Assembly: GCA_040772485.1 (NCBI GenBank)
Contig: JAXGYC010000007.1
Coordinates: 608,001-672,000 of the forward strand
DNA length: 64,000 nt
Reading direction: 5' to 3'
DNA from: Sedimentisphaerales bacterium
GTDB lineage: Bacteria; Planctomycetota; Phycisphaerae; Sedimentisphaerales; Anaerobacaceae
Shown here in pieces: positions 20,036 to 30,051 of this stretch. Position 1 is the stretch's first letter. Every line of letters begins with the position of its first letter. Under the pieces are notes generated by a model. That model searched no databases and had not been told where the DNA came from. It was given only the letters and a program-made list of their open reading frames with translations. A program made the translations under genes and the position numbers.

Positions 20036-20274
20036 GTGTCGATCCTTTCCTGGGGTCAATGGGAATGATTGCTTCGGGTCATATCGATTCCATACCTCCC
20101 GTACCCGGCCACAGACCGGCCATCGGCACGGTCACGATGCCCCGGTCTTGCGGCGTCGGCCACAATCGTATGCGATCCGCCAGCGGCGATCAAGCAATAT
20201 AACTCCCCAGGGCGCCCTGCGATTTGTGCGCATTTCAGTGCAGAGCCAGCGGCCTGCGGGGTATAATCACTCGC

Positions 20275-21609
20275 ATGACCGATAAACCAAGACTCCTGTC
20301 AGCTTCTTCCCCTCAGGGGGCCCAATGTGCCTCCAACCCGATCCCGTCGGCGATTTCGAGACGCTGGTTCCTAAGGTCCTCCGCCGTGCTGGCAGGCGGT
20401 GTGTCGTTGATGGCGCAGACGCTCATGGCCCAATCGCCCGAAGCGGAAAAACCACTCATGGCCTATGTGGGCACATTCAGTTCGCCACTTCGTGACGTGC
20501 TGCCGACACAGGTCGATCTGCCTCCCGGAAACGGACGCGGCATTCATCTGTTCCGCGTGGATCGCACCACCGGCGACATGACCCCTTACGGCGTCTACGA
20601 GTCAGGGACGAGCCCAAGCTGTCTGGCGTTGAATGCCGCCGGGACGCGCTTGTATTCCGCCAACGAGACGGACCGCGTGGGCGACGACAAGGACGGTACG
20701 GTCAGCGCCTTCGCGATCGACCGCGCGGATGGGCAGTTGAGACTGCTCAGCACAGTGCCCTCCGGCGGCGCCGGGCCCACCTACGTGAGCGTACATCCTT
20801 CGGGCAGGTTCCTGCTGGTGGCCAATTACTTCAGCGGCTCCGTGGCCGTGCTGCCGATCCTGCCCGACGGTGACCTGGGCGCCGCCACGGACGTCAAGGT
20901 GGACGCAGGAACGCTGGGACCGACGAGGGCAACGAACGCCCCGCCGGGCAGCTTCGCGTTCAGCGGACACGACCGGACTCATGCGCACATGATCCAGGCC
21001 GATCCTTCGGGGCGCTTCGTTCTGCACGTCGATCTCGGCCTGGACCGGATCTTCGTCTGGAGGTTCGACGACCGCAACGGCGTGCTCACGGCGAACGATC
21101 CGCCCGCGGTCTCGCTGCCGCCGGGAGATGGGCCTCGGCACTTCTGCTTCCATCCGAATGGACGCTGGCTCTATTCCATTCAGGAGGAAGGCTCGAACGT
21201 CGTGCTGTTCGACTACGATTCCGAGAAGGGCCGGCTGGCCGCACGCCAGACTGTCCCCACCCTGCCGCCCGCCTTCGCCGGCAGCAATTTCTGTTCGGAG
21301 ATCATGGTCTCGGCCGACGGCCGCTTCCTCTACGCGGGCAACCGCCTGCACGACAGCATCGCGGTCTTCTCCATCGGCGACACCGGCGCCCTGACTTATG
21401 TCGGCGAGGAATGGACGCGAGGCAACTACCCGCGCAGCTTCAATTTCGACCCCTCCGGCCGCTTCCTCTACTGCTGCAACCAGCGCAGCGACAACGTCGC
21501 CGTCTTCCGCGTGGACCGTCAAACGGGCCGCCTGGCCTTCACCGGTCACTACGCACCCGTCGGCAATCCGTCCGTCATCGTTTTCCTCGATCTAACGACG
21601 GTGGGTTGA
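20275..21609 (+). CDS. Lactonase family (6-phosphogluconolactonase-like) beta-propeller with Tat-like signal
   Basis: SRRWFL; LYSANE, LLVANY, HAHMI, GDGPRH, FLYAGNRLHDSIAVF and YPRSF motifs. Confidence 0.88.
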   Translation: MTDKPRLLSASSPQGAQCASNPIPSAISRRWFLRSSAVLAGGVSLMAQTLMAQSPEAEKPLMAYVGTFSSPLRDVLPTQVDLPPGNGRGIHLFRVDRTTGDMTPYGVYESGTSPSCLALNAAGTRLYSANETDRVGDDKDGTVSAFAIDRADGQLRLLSTVPSGGAGPTYVSVHPSGRFLLVANYFSGSVAVLPILPDGDLGAATDVKVDAGTLGPTRATNAPPGSFAFSGHDRTHAHMIQADPSGRFVLHVDLGLDRIFVWRFDDRNGVLTANDPPAVSLPPGDGPRHFCFHPNGRWLYSIQEEGSNVVLFDYDSEKGRLAARQTVPTLPPAFAGSNFCSEIMVSADGRFLYAGNRLHDSIAVFSIGDTGALTYVGEEWTRGNYPRSFNFDPSGRFLYCCNQRSDNVAVFRVDRQTGRLAFTGHYAPVGNPSVIVFLDLTTVG

Positions 21610-21625
21610 ATTCGCATGAACTGAC

Positions 21626-21699
<74 letters not shown>

Positions 21700-21807
21700 T
21701 CGTTGCGTCAAGCGGCTGTACTTTAACGACTTCCCGCCGGTTTCGTCAACCCGGAAGGTCGGTTTCCGGACTCCCCTGGCGGGCGACGGCCGCTCCAAAC
21801 GGCAACC

Positions 21808-24000
21808 TCAGGGACGAATCTGGATCGTGCTGGGCCCGAGGACTTCAGCCGATTTCGCGCCGGTGGTGAGATTCATGCGGATGCGATCGACAGGAACGCC
21901 GTTGAACGAGCAGGACTGACGGTCGTCGCCGTTGACCGTGACGAGGGTCTCTGGGTGGTCGTAGAACAGGACCGCACCATCGAAGCGGTTGATCGGATCC
22001 TCATAGGCGATGCCCTGTGAGGCGGTCAGCGAGAGCAGTTCGGTGCGTCCGCGTTCGGTCTGGGTCAGGGCGATCTCGATGCGTCCGGCATCGGCCTCGA
22101 CGTGCCGCTTCTTGTAGCTGCCGTCGATCTGCGGGATGTAGTCGAGCAGGATCTGGCGACCGACCGCATCGGCGACGATCGTGTTGGTCTGTGCCGAATA
22201 CGTCAGCGAGTCGAAGTCCCTCAGGAAAGCGAAGCACGGCTGACGCAGGCTGAACTCGTTCGGCTCGACCGGTGTCTCGGGGGCCTGGCCGTTGTGCAGC
22301 CGGATCTCGCCCGGGCCGGTGACCGCAAAGGACTTCTCCTGGCCCTCGTAGTCAAGACGGTGCGAATGCAGCTCGACCCAGCCGATCAACTCATCGCCCA
22401 TGTGGCGCAGGGCGCGCACCGCGACGGGACCGCCCCAGGCCTCGAACCGCTTCAGACCGATGGACTTCTTGCCCGTCTTGGCATTGGGATCTTCAAACAG
22501 ATCGACCGCAAGCCTTGGCGCCGTGAGCATATACTCGTAGGCATAGTTCGGCTCGGTCTGCTGCAGCGTCACGATGCAGTTGCCGTCCAGCTCGACGCGG
22601 GTCGAAGCCGCGATGAACCGCACCGAGTCCTCGGCGCTGACCGTCACAGGCATTCGCCGGCCGCCGCTGTCGCGGCCGGTCAGGTCGTTCGCGTCGAGCG
22701 CATAGGTCATTCGCACCGGCCCGGTCAGCGTCGCATCCGTCGTCGTAGCATCGAAGTCGATGCGATGGGCAACAAGAGTCTGTCGGTTCGGATCGACCGC
22801 CGTCGGCTCGCTGGCGTCAGCCGGAGAGGCGGCGGTGTCGAGGCCCAGCGCCCCCAGATCGGGCTGGAGGCTCGGCGAACCCTTCGGCGCAATTACCAGG
22901 CCGCCGTGACAGGTGACGACGATGTCGAAAAACGATGGGGGAATCGCGTCGAGCGCCGGCGCCGGCGAAGGGCTGGTGTCCATCGCTTTCCGCACGGGGG
23001 ACGGCGGTTCGTTCGGCTCAGAGGCATTGGGTTCGGTCGCGGCCACCGTCGAGCCTGCGGAGGGTCCGGCGGTCTCGGCCTCGGGCGACGCGGGCCCTGT
23101 CCAGAGGACGTTGTCGATGACGAGCCGGTCCCGCGCCGTGACCTTCTGCTCGGGCGTCGTGATGATTACGTTGCGATGCAACACGCACTCATAGTAATCC
23201 GGCGTCGCGCCCCTGTCGGCGTCTACGGCGCGTGCGTCGGCGTCTGCCACAGCGACCTGGGCGGCCTCCGCGTCAGGCTCGTCGGGCACCGCGCTCGAAG
23301 CGGCCGACTCGGAAAGCGAAGCGAACAGGTCGCTGCGCAGCCGCAGGCTCTCCAACTCTCTGACACGGAACAGCTCCAGCCGGCGCTGGGCCTCGTCATA
23401 GAGCAGGTCCATGCCCCGTCCGGTGAGCTGCGCGCTGCGCGACACGAACCGGACCGCGCCGGTCGTGGAGAACAGCGAGCTGTCGGCAATGAAGGCCAGA
23501 TCGTCGAGGTAGACGTACAGCTCCAATGGGTTGTTGGGGTCGGTCGGAGTCACGCGGATCACGACGTTTCCCGTGAACGTCGCGTCGTCCGGGGAGGGCT
23601 GATCGAACGCGGTGTCGAGCTGCAACTCGCCTCGATCGGCGGTGATGCGGCAGTTGACCGGGCCCAGAAGCAGGCTCATCCACGGATGCGTGATCCGCCA
23701 CTGATCGCCCTCGCTGTACAGCAGTTGCTCGAAACCGAACTCGCGGTCGATCCGCCCGGTCTGGTCTGTGTGGAACAGGTGCGTCTGCCGGATGCCGCCG
23801 ACACCGACATCCCCGATGCGTCCGAGGTTGCGGCCGGACGACGCGGCATTGCCGTCGGAGACCTCCCGCGCGAGCTGGTCCCGCAGGTCCGCGTCCATAA
23901 CCGGTCCGCCGCCGGCCTGCATGAAGGCCAGGTACGCCAGAATCATGACGCCCAGGACAACGAAACCGATAGCGAATTTACGTAGATTCACGGTGTCCAT
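21808..24000 (-). CDS. Membrane-anchored beta-rich periplasmic protein, possible LptC/LptA-like LPS transport protein
   Basis: Single N-terminal TM helix; repeated ITADRG, FTGNVVI, TGAVRF and LTGRGM OstA-like strands; directly after kdsD-kdsC. Confidence 0.5.
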   Translation of the reverse strand: MDTVNLRKFAIGFVVLGVMILAYLAFMQAGGGPVMDADLRDQLAREVSDGNAASSGRNLGRIGDVGVGGIRQTHLFHTDQTGRIDREFGFEQLLYSEGDQWRITHPWMSLLLGPVNCRITADRGELQLDTAFDQPSPDDATFTGNVVIRVTPTDPNNPLELYVYLDDLAFIADSSLFSTTGAVRFVSRSAQLTGRGMDLLYDEAQRRLELFRVRELESLRLRSDLFASLSESAASSAVPDEPDAEAAQVAVADADARAVDADRGATPDYYECVLHRNVIITTPEQKVTARDRLVIDNVLWTGPASPEAETAGPSAGSTVAATEPNASEPNEPPSPVRKAMDTSPSPAPALDAIPPSFFDIVVTCHGGLVIAPKGSPSLQPDLGALGLDTAASPADASEPTAVDPNRQTLVAHRIDFDATTTDATLTGPVRMTYALDANDLTGRDSGGRRMPVTVSAEDSVRFIAASTRVELDGNCIVTLQQTEPNYAYEYMLTAPRLAVDLFEDPNAKTGKKSIGLKRFEAWGGPVAVRALRHMGDELIGWVELHSHRLDYEGQEKSFAVTGPGEIRLHNGQAPETPVEPNEFSLRQPCFAFLRDFDSLTYSAQTNTIVADAVGRQILLDYIPQIDGSYKKRHVEADAGRIEIALTQTERGRTELLSLTASQGIAYEDPINRFDGAVLFYDHPETLVTVNGDDRQSCSFNGVPVDRIRMNLTTGAKSAEVLGPSTIQIRP

Positions 24001-24015
24001 CCAACCGCCTCGCGG

Positions 24016-24543
24016 TCACGCGAGGTATCGTTCCATCAGGGCCTGCCATCGGCCGGAGTTCTTGAGGATGTATTCGATCGTTTCGCGCACCGCCCCCTGC
24101 CCGCCCGGTCGCGTCGTGACATAGTCGGCTTCCCGCTTGACCTCGTCCACTGCGTTGGCAGTGGCAACGCCCAGACCGGCGAACCGGATCGCCGGCAGGT
24201 CCGGCAGATCGTCTCCAACATACGCGACGTTCTCCGGCTTCAGATGTATCTCTTCGAGCAGCGCCTCCAGCGCCGGCAGCTTGAAGTGACAGTTCTGGAT
24301 CACGTGAGCGATTTCCAATTGCTCGGCGCGGCGTTGCGTCGGTTCCGAATAGCGGCCGCTGAGCAGGGCCGTCTTGCCGCCGGCCCGCTGCCACATGCGA
24401 ATCCCGTGCCCGTCATGCGTGTGGAAACACTTGCTCTCGCGGCCGTCGCCGTGCAGGACCAACTGCCCGTCGGTCAGCACGCCGTCCACGTCGAGCACCA
24501 GCAGCTCGATCGCCCTGAGGTCTGGATTCCGCTCGTTCACCAT
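24016..24543 (-). CDS. kdsC: KDO 8-phosphate phosphatase (HAD superfamily)
   Basis: LDVDGVLTDG, DGHGI, AYVGDDLPD, GGQGAVRE; adjacent to kdsD. Confidence 0.92.
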   Translation of the reverse strand: MVNERNPDLRAIELLVLDVDGVLTDGQLVLHGDGRESKCFHTHDGHGIRMWQRAGGKTALLSGRYSEPTQRRAEQLEIAHVIQNCHFKLPALEALLEEIHLKPENVAYVGDDLPDLPAIRFAGLGVATANAVDEVKREADYVTTRPGGQGAVRETIEYILKNSGRWQALMERYLA

Positions 24544-24592
24544 ATCCTGTGTCGCATCATCCTGTATGCGTCGCGCGGAACGCAATATCGGT

Positions 24593-25597
24593 TCATCCCA
24601 CCACCTTGATCGTCACGATGTCCTGCACGTCGATCAGACCGACCGGTCGGTCGTCGGCATCCACCACGGGCAGCTCGTCGATGCGGTACTTGTGGAAAAT
24701 CGCCGTGGCCTCTGAGGCGAGCGCATCGGCACGGATGCGCTTGCAGGGCGCCGTCATCACGTCGCCGACGCGGCGCCCGAAGGCGGCGGTCCCGTGCCGG
24801 GTCAGGAGCCGGCGCAGGTCGCCGTCGGTGACGATGCCCGCCAGATGTCCGCCGCCATCGACCACCATCACGGCGCCGTGGCGTTTCAAGTCGCGCGTGG
24901 CGGTCAGCATCGCCTGGACGGTCTGGTCGGCGTTCACGATGGGGAGCTTCTCGCCCGGCTGGAACATCATGGACTGCTCGACCGTCATCAACTGGCGCCC
25001 GAGGGAGCCGCCCGGATGGAACCGCACGTAGTCTTCGACGCGGAACTTCCGGGCCTTCATCACCGTGAACGCCAGCGCATCGCCGATCGTCAGCATGCAG
25101 GTCGTCGAAACGCTGGGCGCCACGCCCAGCGGACAGGCCTCGTTGACCTTGCCCATGCACAGGACCACGTCGCTGTAGCGGCCCAGCGTCGAATCCCAGT
25201 CGCTGGTCAGGGCAATCAAGCGAATCTGAAGCTGTTTGACCAGGTTGATCAGGCGGATGATCTCGTCGGTTTCCCCGCCGTAACTGAGCACCATCACGAC
25301 GTCGTTCTGCCGCAGCCGGCCCAGGTCGCCGTGCACCGCCTCGGCCGGGTGCAAAAAGTGGCTGGGCGTGCCCGTCGAAGCCAGCGTCGCGCTGATCTTG
25401 CGCCCGATGATCCCGGCCTTGCCGATCCCGCTGACGATGCACGAGCCGCTGCAATGGTAGATCATCTCCACAGCGCGGACGAACGACTCGTCCACGATCG
25501 GCGTCATGGCCGCGATCGCGTCGGCCTCGGCGCGAATCACGCTTCGCGCGTAATCGAGATCGAACTCCACCGTACTGTGACCCTCTTCTGTTTTCAT
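24593..25597 (-). CDS. kdsD: KpsF/GutQ arabinose-5-phosphate isomerase (SIS plus two CBS domains)
   Basis: SGIGKAGIIGRKISATLASTGTPSHFLHPAEAVHGDLG, FHPGGSLG, CBS pair; exact start uncertain. Confidence 0.93.
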   Translation of the reverse strand: MKTEEGHSTVEFDLDYARSVIRAEADAIAAMTPIVDESFVRAVEMIYHCSGSCIVSGIGKAGIIGRKISATLASTGTPSHFLHPAEAVHGDLGRLRQNDVVMVLSYGGETDEIIRLINLVKQLQIRLIALTSDWDSTLGRYSDVVLCMGKVNEACPLGVAPSVSTTCMLTIGDALAFTVMKARKFRVEDYVRFHPGGSLGRQLMTVEQSMMFQPGEKLPIVNADQTVQAMLTATRDLKRHGAVMVVDGGGHLAGIVTDGDLRRLLTRHGTAAFGRRVGDVMTAPCKRIRADALASEATAIFHKYRIDELPVVDADDRPVGLIDVQDIVTIKVVG

Positions 25598-25651
25598 GCT
25601 CCGCCAAATCGTTGGAGTCCATCGGTTGCCTACCGCCCCCCGAGCGGCCCC

Positions 25652-25680
25652 CTTATACGTCAGGAAGCAGGTCCGGTCAA
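25652..25680 (-). promoter_or_regulatory. Putative sigma70 promoter TTGACC-N17-TATAAG for kdsD-kdsC
   Basis: Near-consensus hexamers with 17-nt spacing. Confidence 0.55.
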
Positions 25681-25706
25681 GATCAATCACCCGCCCCTGG
25701 CCGGGC

Positions 25707-25856
25707 AAGCACGGAATCCGAAACGCGAAATTCGAAACAAACTCAAACCACGAAATCCGAATGTCTCCAATCGTACGAATCCGTATGGGGCTTCTCGGAT
25801 TTCAGACCTTGGTGCTTCGTGCTTGTTTCGAATTTCGCGATTCGGTATTCGTGCTT
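25707..25856. repeat. About 150-bp inverted-repeat element with CGAAA-based heptamer arms
   Basis: AAGCACGGAATCCGAAACGCGAAATTCGAAACAA ... TTGTTTCGAATTTCGCGATTCGGTATTCGTGCTT; sibling at 55520..55671. Confidence 0.8.
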
Positions 25857-25885
25857 CCTGCGAACCGCCACCGCATTCGCAGGAC

Positions 25886-27412
25886 CTACAGCTTGACCTC
25901 GCTGCCGCGCTCGTTGAAGCAGACGAGCTGGCGCTCCTCCCCGACGCAGTCCGGCGAGGAATGGATGACGACCCGCTTCTCGGCAAGCTGCTCGATCTGG
26001 GCGATGGCGGCGCGTTTCTCGTTCTGGAGATAGTCGGCCACCTCCGGCGAGACCGACAACTCGATCCGCTTGATGTGCTCTTCCGAGACCGCCAGGTTCA
26101 GCAGGCGGATGATCTCCAGGGCCAGCGATTCATGGCTCTTGACGAACCCGGTCCCGGCGCAGTGGGGGCAGGCCAGGTACGTGCTCAAGTGCAGCGATGG
26201 ACGCATCCGCTGGCGCGTCATTTCGATGACGCCGAACCGGCTGATCCGCAGGATCTTGGAACGGGCCCGGTCGGTCCGCACGGCCTCGCGGAAGGCCCGC
26301 TCGACCTCCTTGCGGTGCTTCTGGCTGCGCATGTCGATGAAGTCGCAGACGATCAGGCCGCCCAGGTCGCGCAGGCGCAGTTGCCGCGCAATCTCGACGG
26401 CCGCTTCCATGTTGCTCTCGAAGGCGGTTTGCTCAGCGCCTTCCTGTTTGCGGTGGCGCCCACTGTTGACGTCGATGGAGACCAGCGCTTCGGTCTGCTC
26501 GATAACGATCGAGCCGCCGCACTTCAGATCCACCGATCGCGACTGGACTTTGGCGATCTCCCCTTCAATCTGGTGTTTGTGAAACAGCGGGATTTTGCCG
26601 TCGTAATACGTCAGCTTGGGCTTCAGACGCGGCATCGCGATCGACAGAAAGTCCTTGATCTTCCGCACGGTGTTGTCTGAGTCGCAGATGATCTTGTCGA
26701 CCTTGCTGTTGAGCACGTCGCGCAGCGCCCGGATGACCAGATCAGATTCCTGGTAGATGTCCCCCGGCGCCTTCTCGCTGTCGATGCGGTTCAGCACGGC
26801 GCGCCAGAGCCGCTTGAGGTACCGCAGGTCGTTCTGGATGTCGCGTTTCGAGGCCCCCTGCCCGGCGGTCCGGATGATGTAGCCCATCCCCTTGGGCGGC
26901 GTGCTCTCGTCGAACACCTCGGCCAGCCGCTTGCGTTCGTCCTCGTCCTCGATCTTGTGCGAGATCCCGTACCCCTTCATCCAGGGCATCATCACCAGGT
27001 GCTTGCCCGGCAATGCCAGATACGTGCTCAGCGTCGGGCCTTTCGTCTTGAGCCCTTCCTTCGTCACCTGGACGACCAGCTCCTGGCCCCGGCGCAGGCA
27101 GTTCTGCATCGGCGGGCGGTCCTTCAGGGCCTGGCGCCGCCCGATGTTCTCGAGCACGTTGCCCTTCTGGCCGGGAAAGTACCGCGGGTGCACGTCGGAG
27201 ATGTGCAGGAAGCCGTTTCGGTCGATCCCGATGTCGATGAAGGCGGCCTGAATCCCCGACTCGATGTTGACGACGCGCCCCTTGTAGATGTTGCCGACGT
27301 GGGCGCCGACGCTGGCGCGTTCCACGTAGAGTTCCTCGAGCGCGCCGTTTTCCACGACGGCGACGCGGCACTCCTCTCGCTCGGCAACGTTGATCAACAT
27401 GTCTCGTGACAT
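25886..27412 (-). CDS. rng: Ribonuclease E/G family
   Basis: GNIYKGRV...AAFIDIG...NGFLHISD S1 domain; IDVNSG; EIARQLRLRDLGGLIVCDFIDM; CPHCAGTG. Confidence 0.92.
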   Translation of the reverse strand: MSRDMLINVAEREECRVAVVENGALEELYVERASVGAHVGNIYKGRVVNIESGIQAAFIDIGIDRNGFLHISDVHPRYFPGQKGNVLENIGRRQALKDRPPMQNCLRRGQELVVQVTKEGLKTKGPTLSTYLALPGKHLVMMPWMKGYGISHKIEDEDERKRLAEVFDESTPPKGMGYIIRTAGQGASKRDIQNDLRYLKRLWRAVLNRIDSEKAPGDIYQESDLVIRALRDVLNSKVDKIICDSDNTVRKIKDFLSIAMPRLKPKLTYYDGKIPLFHKHQIEGEIAKVQSRSVDLKCGGSIVIEQTEALVSIDVNSGRHRKQEGAEQTAFESNMEAAVEIARQLRLRDLGGLIVCDFIDMRSQKHRKEVERAFREAVRTDRARSKILRISRFGVIEMTRQRMRPSLHLSTYLACPHCAGTGFVKSHESLALEIIRLLNLAVSEEHIKRIELSVSPEVADYLQNEKRAAIAQIEQLAEKRVVIHSSPDCVGEERQLVCFNERGSEVKL

Positions 27413-27471
27413 ACTTTACATCCTCGTCATTTATCGCAATGCGCCGGCCGAGCGACCGGCGGATTCGAAGG

Positions 27472-28227
27472 TCAAGTGATAGTCCATGCGATGCCGGTGC
27501 GGCGCACCGGACCGCCCAGGTCCTGGGGCGCCAGCTCCAACAGGGGCATCAGTTCATCAACGCGAACGGACCCGGCGTCGCTGACGCCGCATTCAACAAT
27601 CGCCCGCGTCTCGTGCAATTCCATCGCTTTCAGAAACGGCCGGATGTCCACACGGCGTCCGGCCCGCCGCTCCGGCACGACCCGCTCGACCACCACGCTC
27701 TCGCGGGCCAGGATGTCACCGATTCGTTCTCGCAAGGCCTCGATGTCCGTCCGACCGTCCGCACGGTCGAGGTCGAAGACATACCGGGCCGACTCCGGCC
27801 GGAACGACACGTTCGATTTCATCAAGGCAACCGAGTGGACGACCAGACCCTCCGGAAGCGCCTCGCGCAGCGCCGCCTTCATCCGGTCCTCCCACGCCTG
27901 CCGCGCGCCGTCCGGGCCGTCTTCGGCCGGGATGCCCCGCGCGTCGAACAGCCGCAGGACCAGCAGCTCGTCGTCCGAGGCGACCCCCACCGGCCGCGGC
28001 AACGGCAGGGACAGCTTCGGATGCGGGTTGAATCCCTGGGAATACTTGACGGGCATGCCGGCACGCACGCAGGCTCGCTCGAACACGCGTAGCGTCTCGG
28101 CATGCGAAAGGAACCTCAGCAAACCATCGATCCCGAAACGAACCGCCGCCGTGGCGTCGGTCGCTCGGCCGGCACACGCCTGGTCCGGACGGCCGCGTGA
28201 GTTGTCCTTTGTCGCCTCTATGCCCAT
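27472..28227 (-). CDS. TIGR03936/DUF2344 radical-SAM-associated protein
   Basis: LRFLSHAETLRVFERACVRAGMPVKYSQGFNPHPKLS; usual position upstream of RNase G. Confidence 0.88.
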   Translation of the reverse strand: MGIEATKDNSRGRPDQACAGRATDATAAVRFGIDGLLRFLSHAETLRVFERACVRAGMPVKYSQGFNPHPKLSLPLPRPVGVASDDELLVLRLFDARGIPAEDGPDGARQAWEDRMKAALREALPEGLVVHSVALMKSNVSFRPESARYVFDLDRADGRTDIEALRERIGDILARESVVVERVVPERRAGRRVDIRPFLKAMELHETRAIVECGVSDAGSVRVDELMPLLELAPQDLGGPVRRTGIAWTIT

Positions 28228-28291
28228 CTCTGCTCGAATGGATGTGTTTCGTTCTTTGTCTTGTCCGTGTGCCGAGCGGTCCGTCGCCGCG

Positions 28292-30031
28292 TCAGAACGC
28301 CTCCGGCAGGACCTTGCGCGCCGCGTTGCGCAGGTAGTTCGAAATCTGCCGCTCGGAGTTCATGCCCAGCACCTTCCGCGTCAGGAGGTTGCAGTCCTCC
28401 AGTGTGACGCACCGGATGATCTGCTTGACCTCCGGGATCAGCGGCGCCGACAGCGACAGCGTGCGCACGCCGAGGCCCAGCAGGACCATGATGTACTCGG
28501 GCTCCGAGGCCATTTCTCCGCAGACACACAGGTCGATCTGCGCCTTGTACGCGTCCTGGATCACGGTGCGCACCAGCCGCAGGACCGCCGGGTCCGCCGG
28601 CGAGTACAGCGTCGAGACCAGCTCATTGCCCCGGTCCACCGCCAGCGTGTACTGCGTCAGGTCGTTGGTCCCGATGCTGAAGAAATCGCAGTCCCGCGCC
28701 AGCGTCGAGGCCGTCAGCGCCGCCGACGGCGTCTCGACCATGATGCCCACCTCCATGTCCCGGTTGTACGCGATGCCCTCTTCGTCCAGGTCTTCCATCA
28801 CGTCGTGCAGGATCATCTTGGCCTGCATCAGCTCCTGGATGCCCGAGATCAGCGGGAACATGACCTTGACGGGCCCCAGGACCGAGGCACGGAGGATCGC
28901 GCGGAGCTGCGTCTTGAACATCGCCAGATTCTGGAGGCAGAACCGGATGGAACGCAGTCCCAGAAACGGATTGGGCTCCGGGGCGAACCGCTTTCGCTGC
29001 GTGTACTTGTCGGCGCCGAGGTCCACCGTGCGAATCACCACGGGGCGGTCGCGGCAAATGTGCACGGTCTGGGCGTAGGCGCTGTAGTGTTCCTCCTCCG
29101 ACGGCTCGGTGGGCCGGTTCAGATAGAGGAACTCGGTGCGGTACAGGCCGATGCCCTCGCCGCCCTTGGCGAGCACGATCTCGGCCTCGTCAGGAAATTC
29201 GATGTTGCCCAGCAGGGTGATGCGCGCGCCGTCGCGGGTCTCGGCGGGCTTCTCGCGGATCGCGTCGAGCTTGTGTTCGAGGGCAATGAACTCCCGCGAA
29301 TACGCCTCGTACTGCTCGACCGTTTCCGCGTCGGGATCGACGATGACCAGTCCGCGGTTGCCGTCGACGATGACGGCGTCGCCGCCGCGGGCGATCTCCG
29401 TCAGGTCCTCCAGGGCCACGACCGCCGGGATGCCCAGCGAACGCGCCACGATGGCCGCGTGGCTGGTGCGCCCGCCGGCATCCGACGCGATGCCCTTGAC
29501 GAACGCCTTGTTGAACCCGGCCGTCTGGGTCGGGCTCAGCTCCCGCGCCACGACGATCACCTCTTCGCGCAGCCGGCCAAGGTCCTCCCGCTTGTCGCCG
29601 AGCAGGTGACGCAGCAGGCGACGCTCGATGTCGTAGATGTCCGCGGCCCGCTCGCTGATGTAGGTGTCCTTGGCCTCGGCGAACCGCGCGGCGAACCGGC
29701 GCAGCACCGAGGCGACCGCGTACTCGGCCGTAACCGATTCGTCGTGGATCAAGTCCGTGACCTGGCGCCGCAGGCTCCGGTCGCGCAGCAGACGCAGGTG
29801 CACCGCGAAGATATCCTTGATCCGCCCGCCGCCGGTCTGCGTCTGGGCCTGCTCCAACCCGCTCAATTCGTCGATCGCGTCGCCGAACGCATTCCGCGCG
29901 CGCTGGATCTCCACCATCCGCTGGGACGGCTCGATTTGCCGCCGGGGGATTCGGTAGTCCTCCGAATCGATGATCAGGCACTTGCCGATCGATACCCCCG
30001 GCGAAACAGCAATTCCCTTCTTTATCTCCAT
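28292..30031 (-). CDS. ptsI: PTS enzyme I (PEP-protein phosphotransferase)
   Basis: MEIKKGIAVSPG; GGRTSHAAIVARSLGIP (active His); GIGLYRTEFL; EPNPFLGLRSIR; FFSIGTNDLTQYTLAVDRGN. Confidence 0.95.
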   Translation of the reverse strand: MEIKKGIAVSPGVSIGKCLIIDSEDYRIPRRQIEPSQRMVEIQRARNAFGDAIDELSGLEQAQTQTGGGRIKDIFAVHLRLLRDRSLRRQVTDLIHDESVTAEYAVASVLRRFAARFAEAKDTYISERAADIYDIERRLLRHLLGDKREDLGRLREEVIVVARELSPTQTAGFNKAFVKGIASDAGGRTSHAAIVARSLGIPAVVALEDLTEIARGGDAVIVDGNRGLVIVDPDAETVEQYEAYSREFIALEHKLDAIREKPAETRDGARITLLGNIEFPDEAEIVLAKGGEGIGLYRTEFLYLNRPTEPSEEEHYSAYAQTVHICRDRPVVIRTVDLGADKYTQRKRFAPEPNPFLGLRSIRFCLQNLAMFKTQLRAILRASVLGPVKVMFPLISGIQELMQAKMILHDVMEDLDEEGIAYNRDMEVGIMVETPSAALTASTLARDCDFFSIGTNDLTQYTLAVDRGNELVSTLYSPADPAVLRLVRTVIQDAYKAQIDLCVCGEMASEPEYIMVLLGLGVRTLSLSAPLIPEVKQIIRCVTLEDCNLLTRKVLGMNSERQISNYLRNAARKVLPEAF

Positions 30032-30051
30032 GCCAGAGTCTGTGCGGCGGA

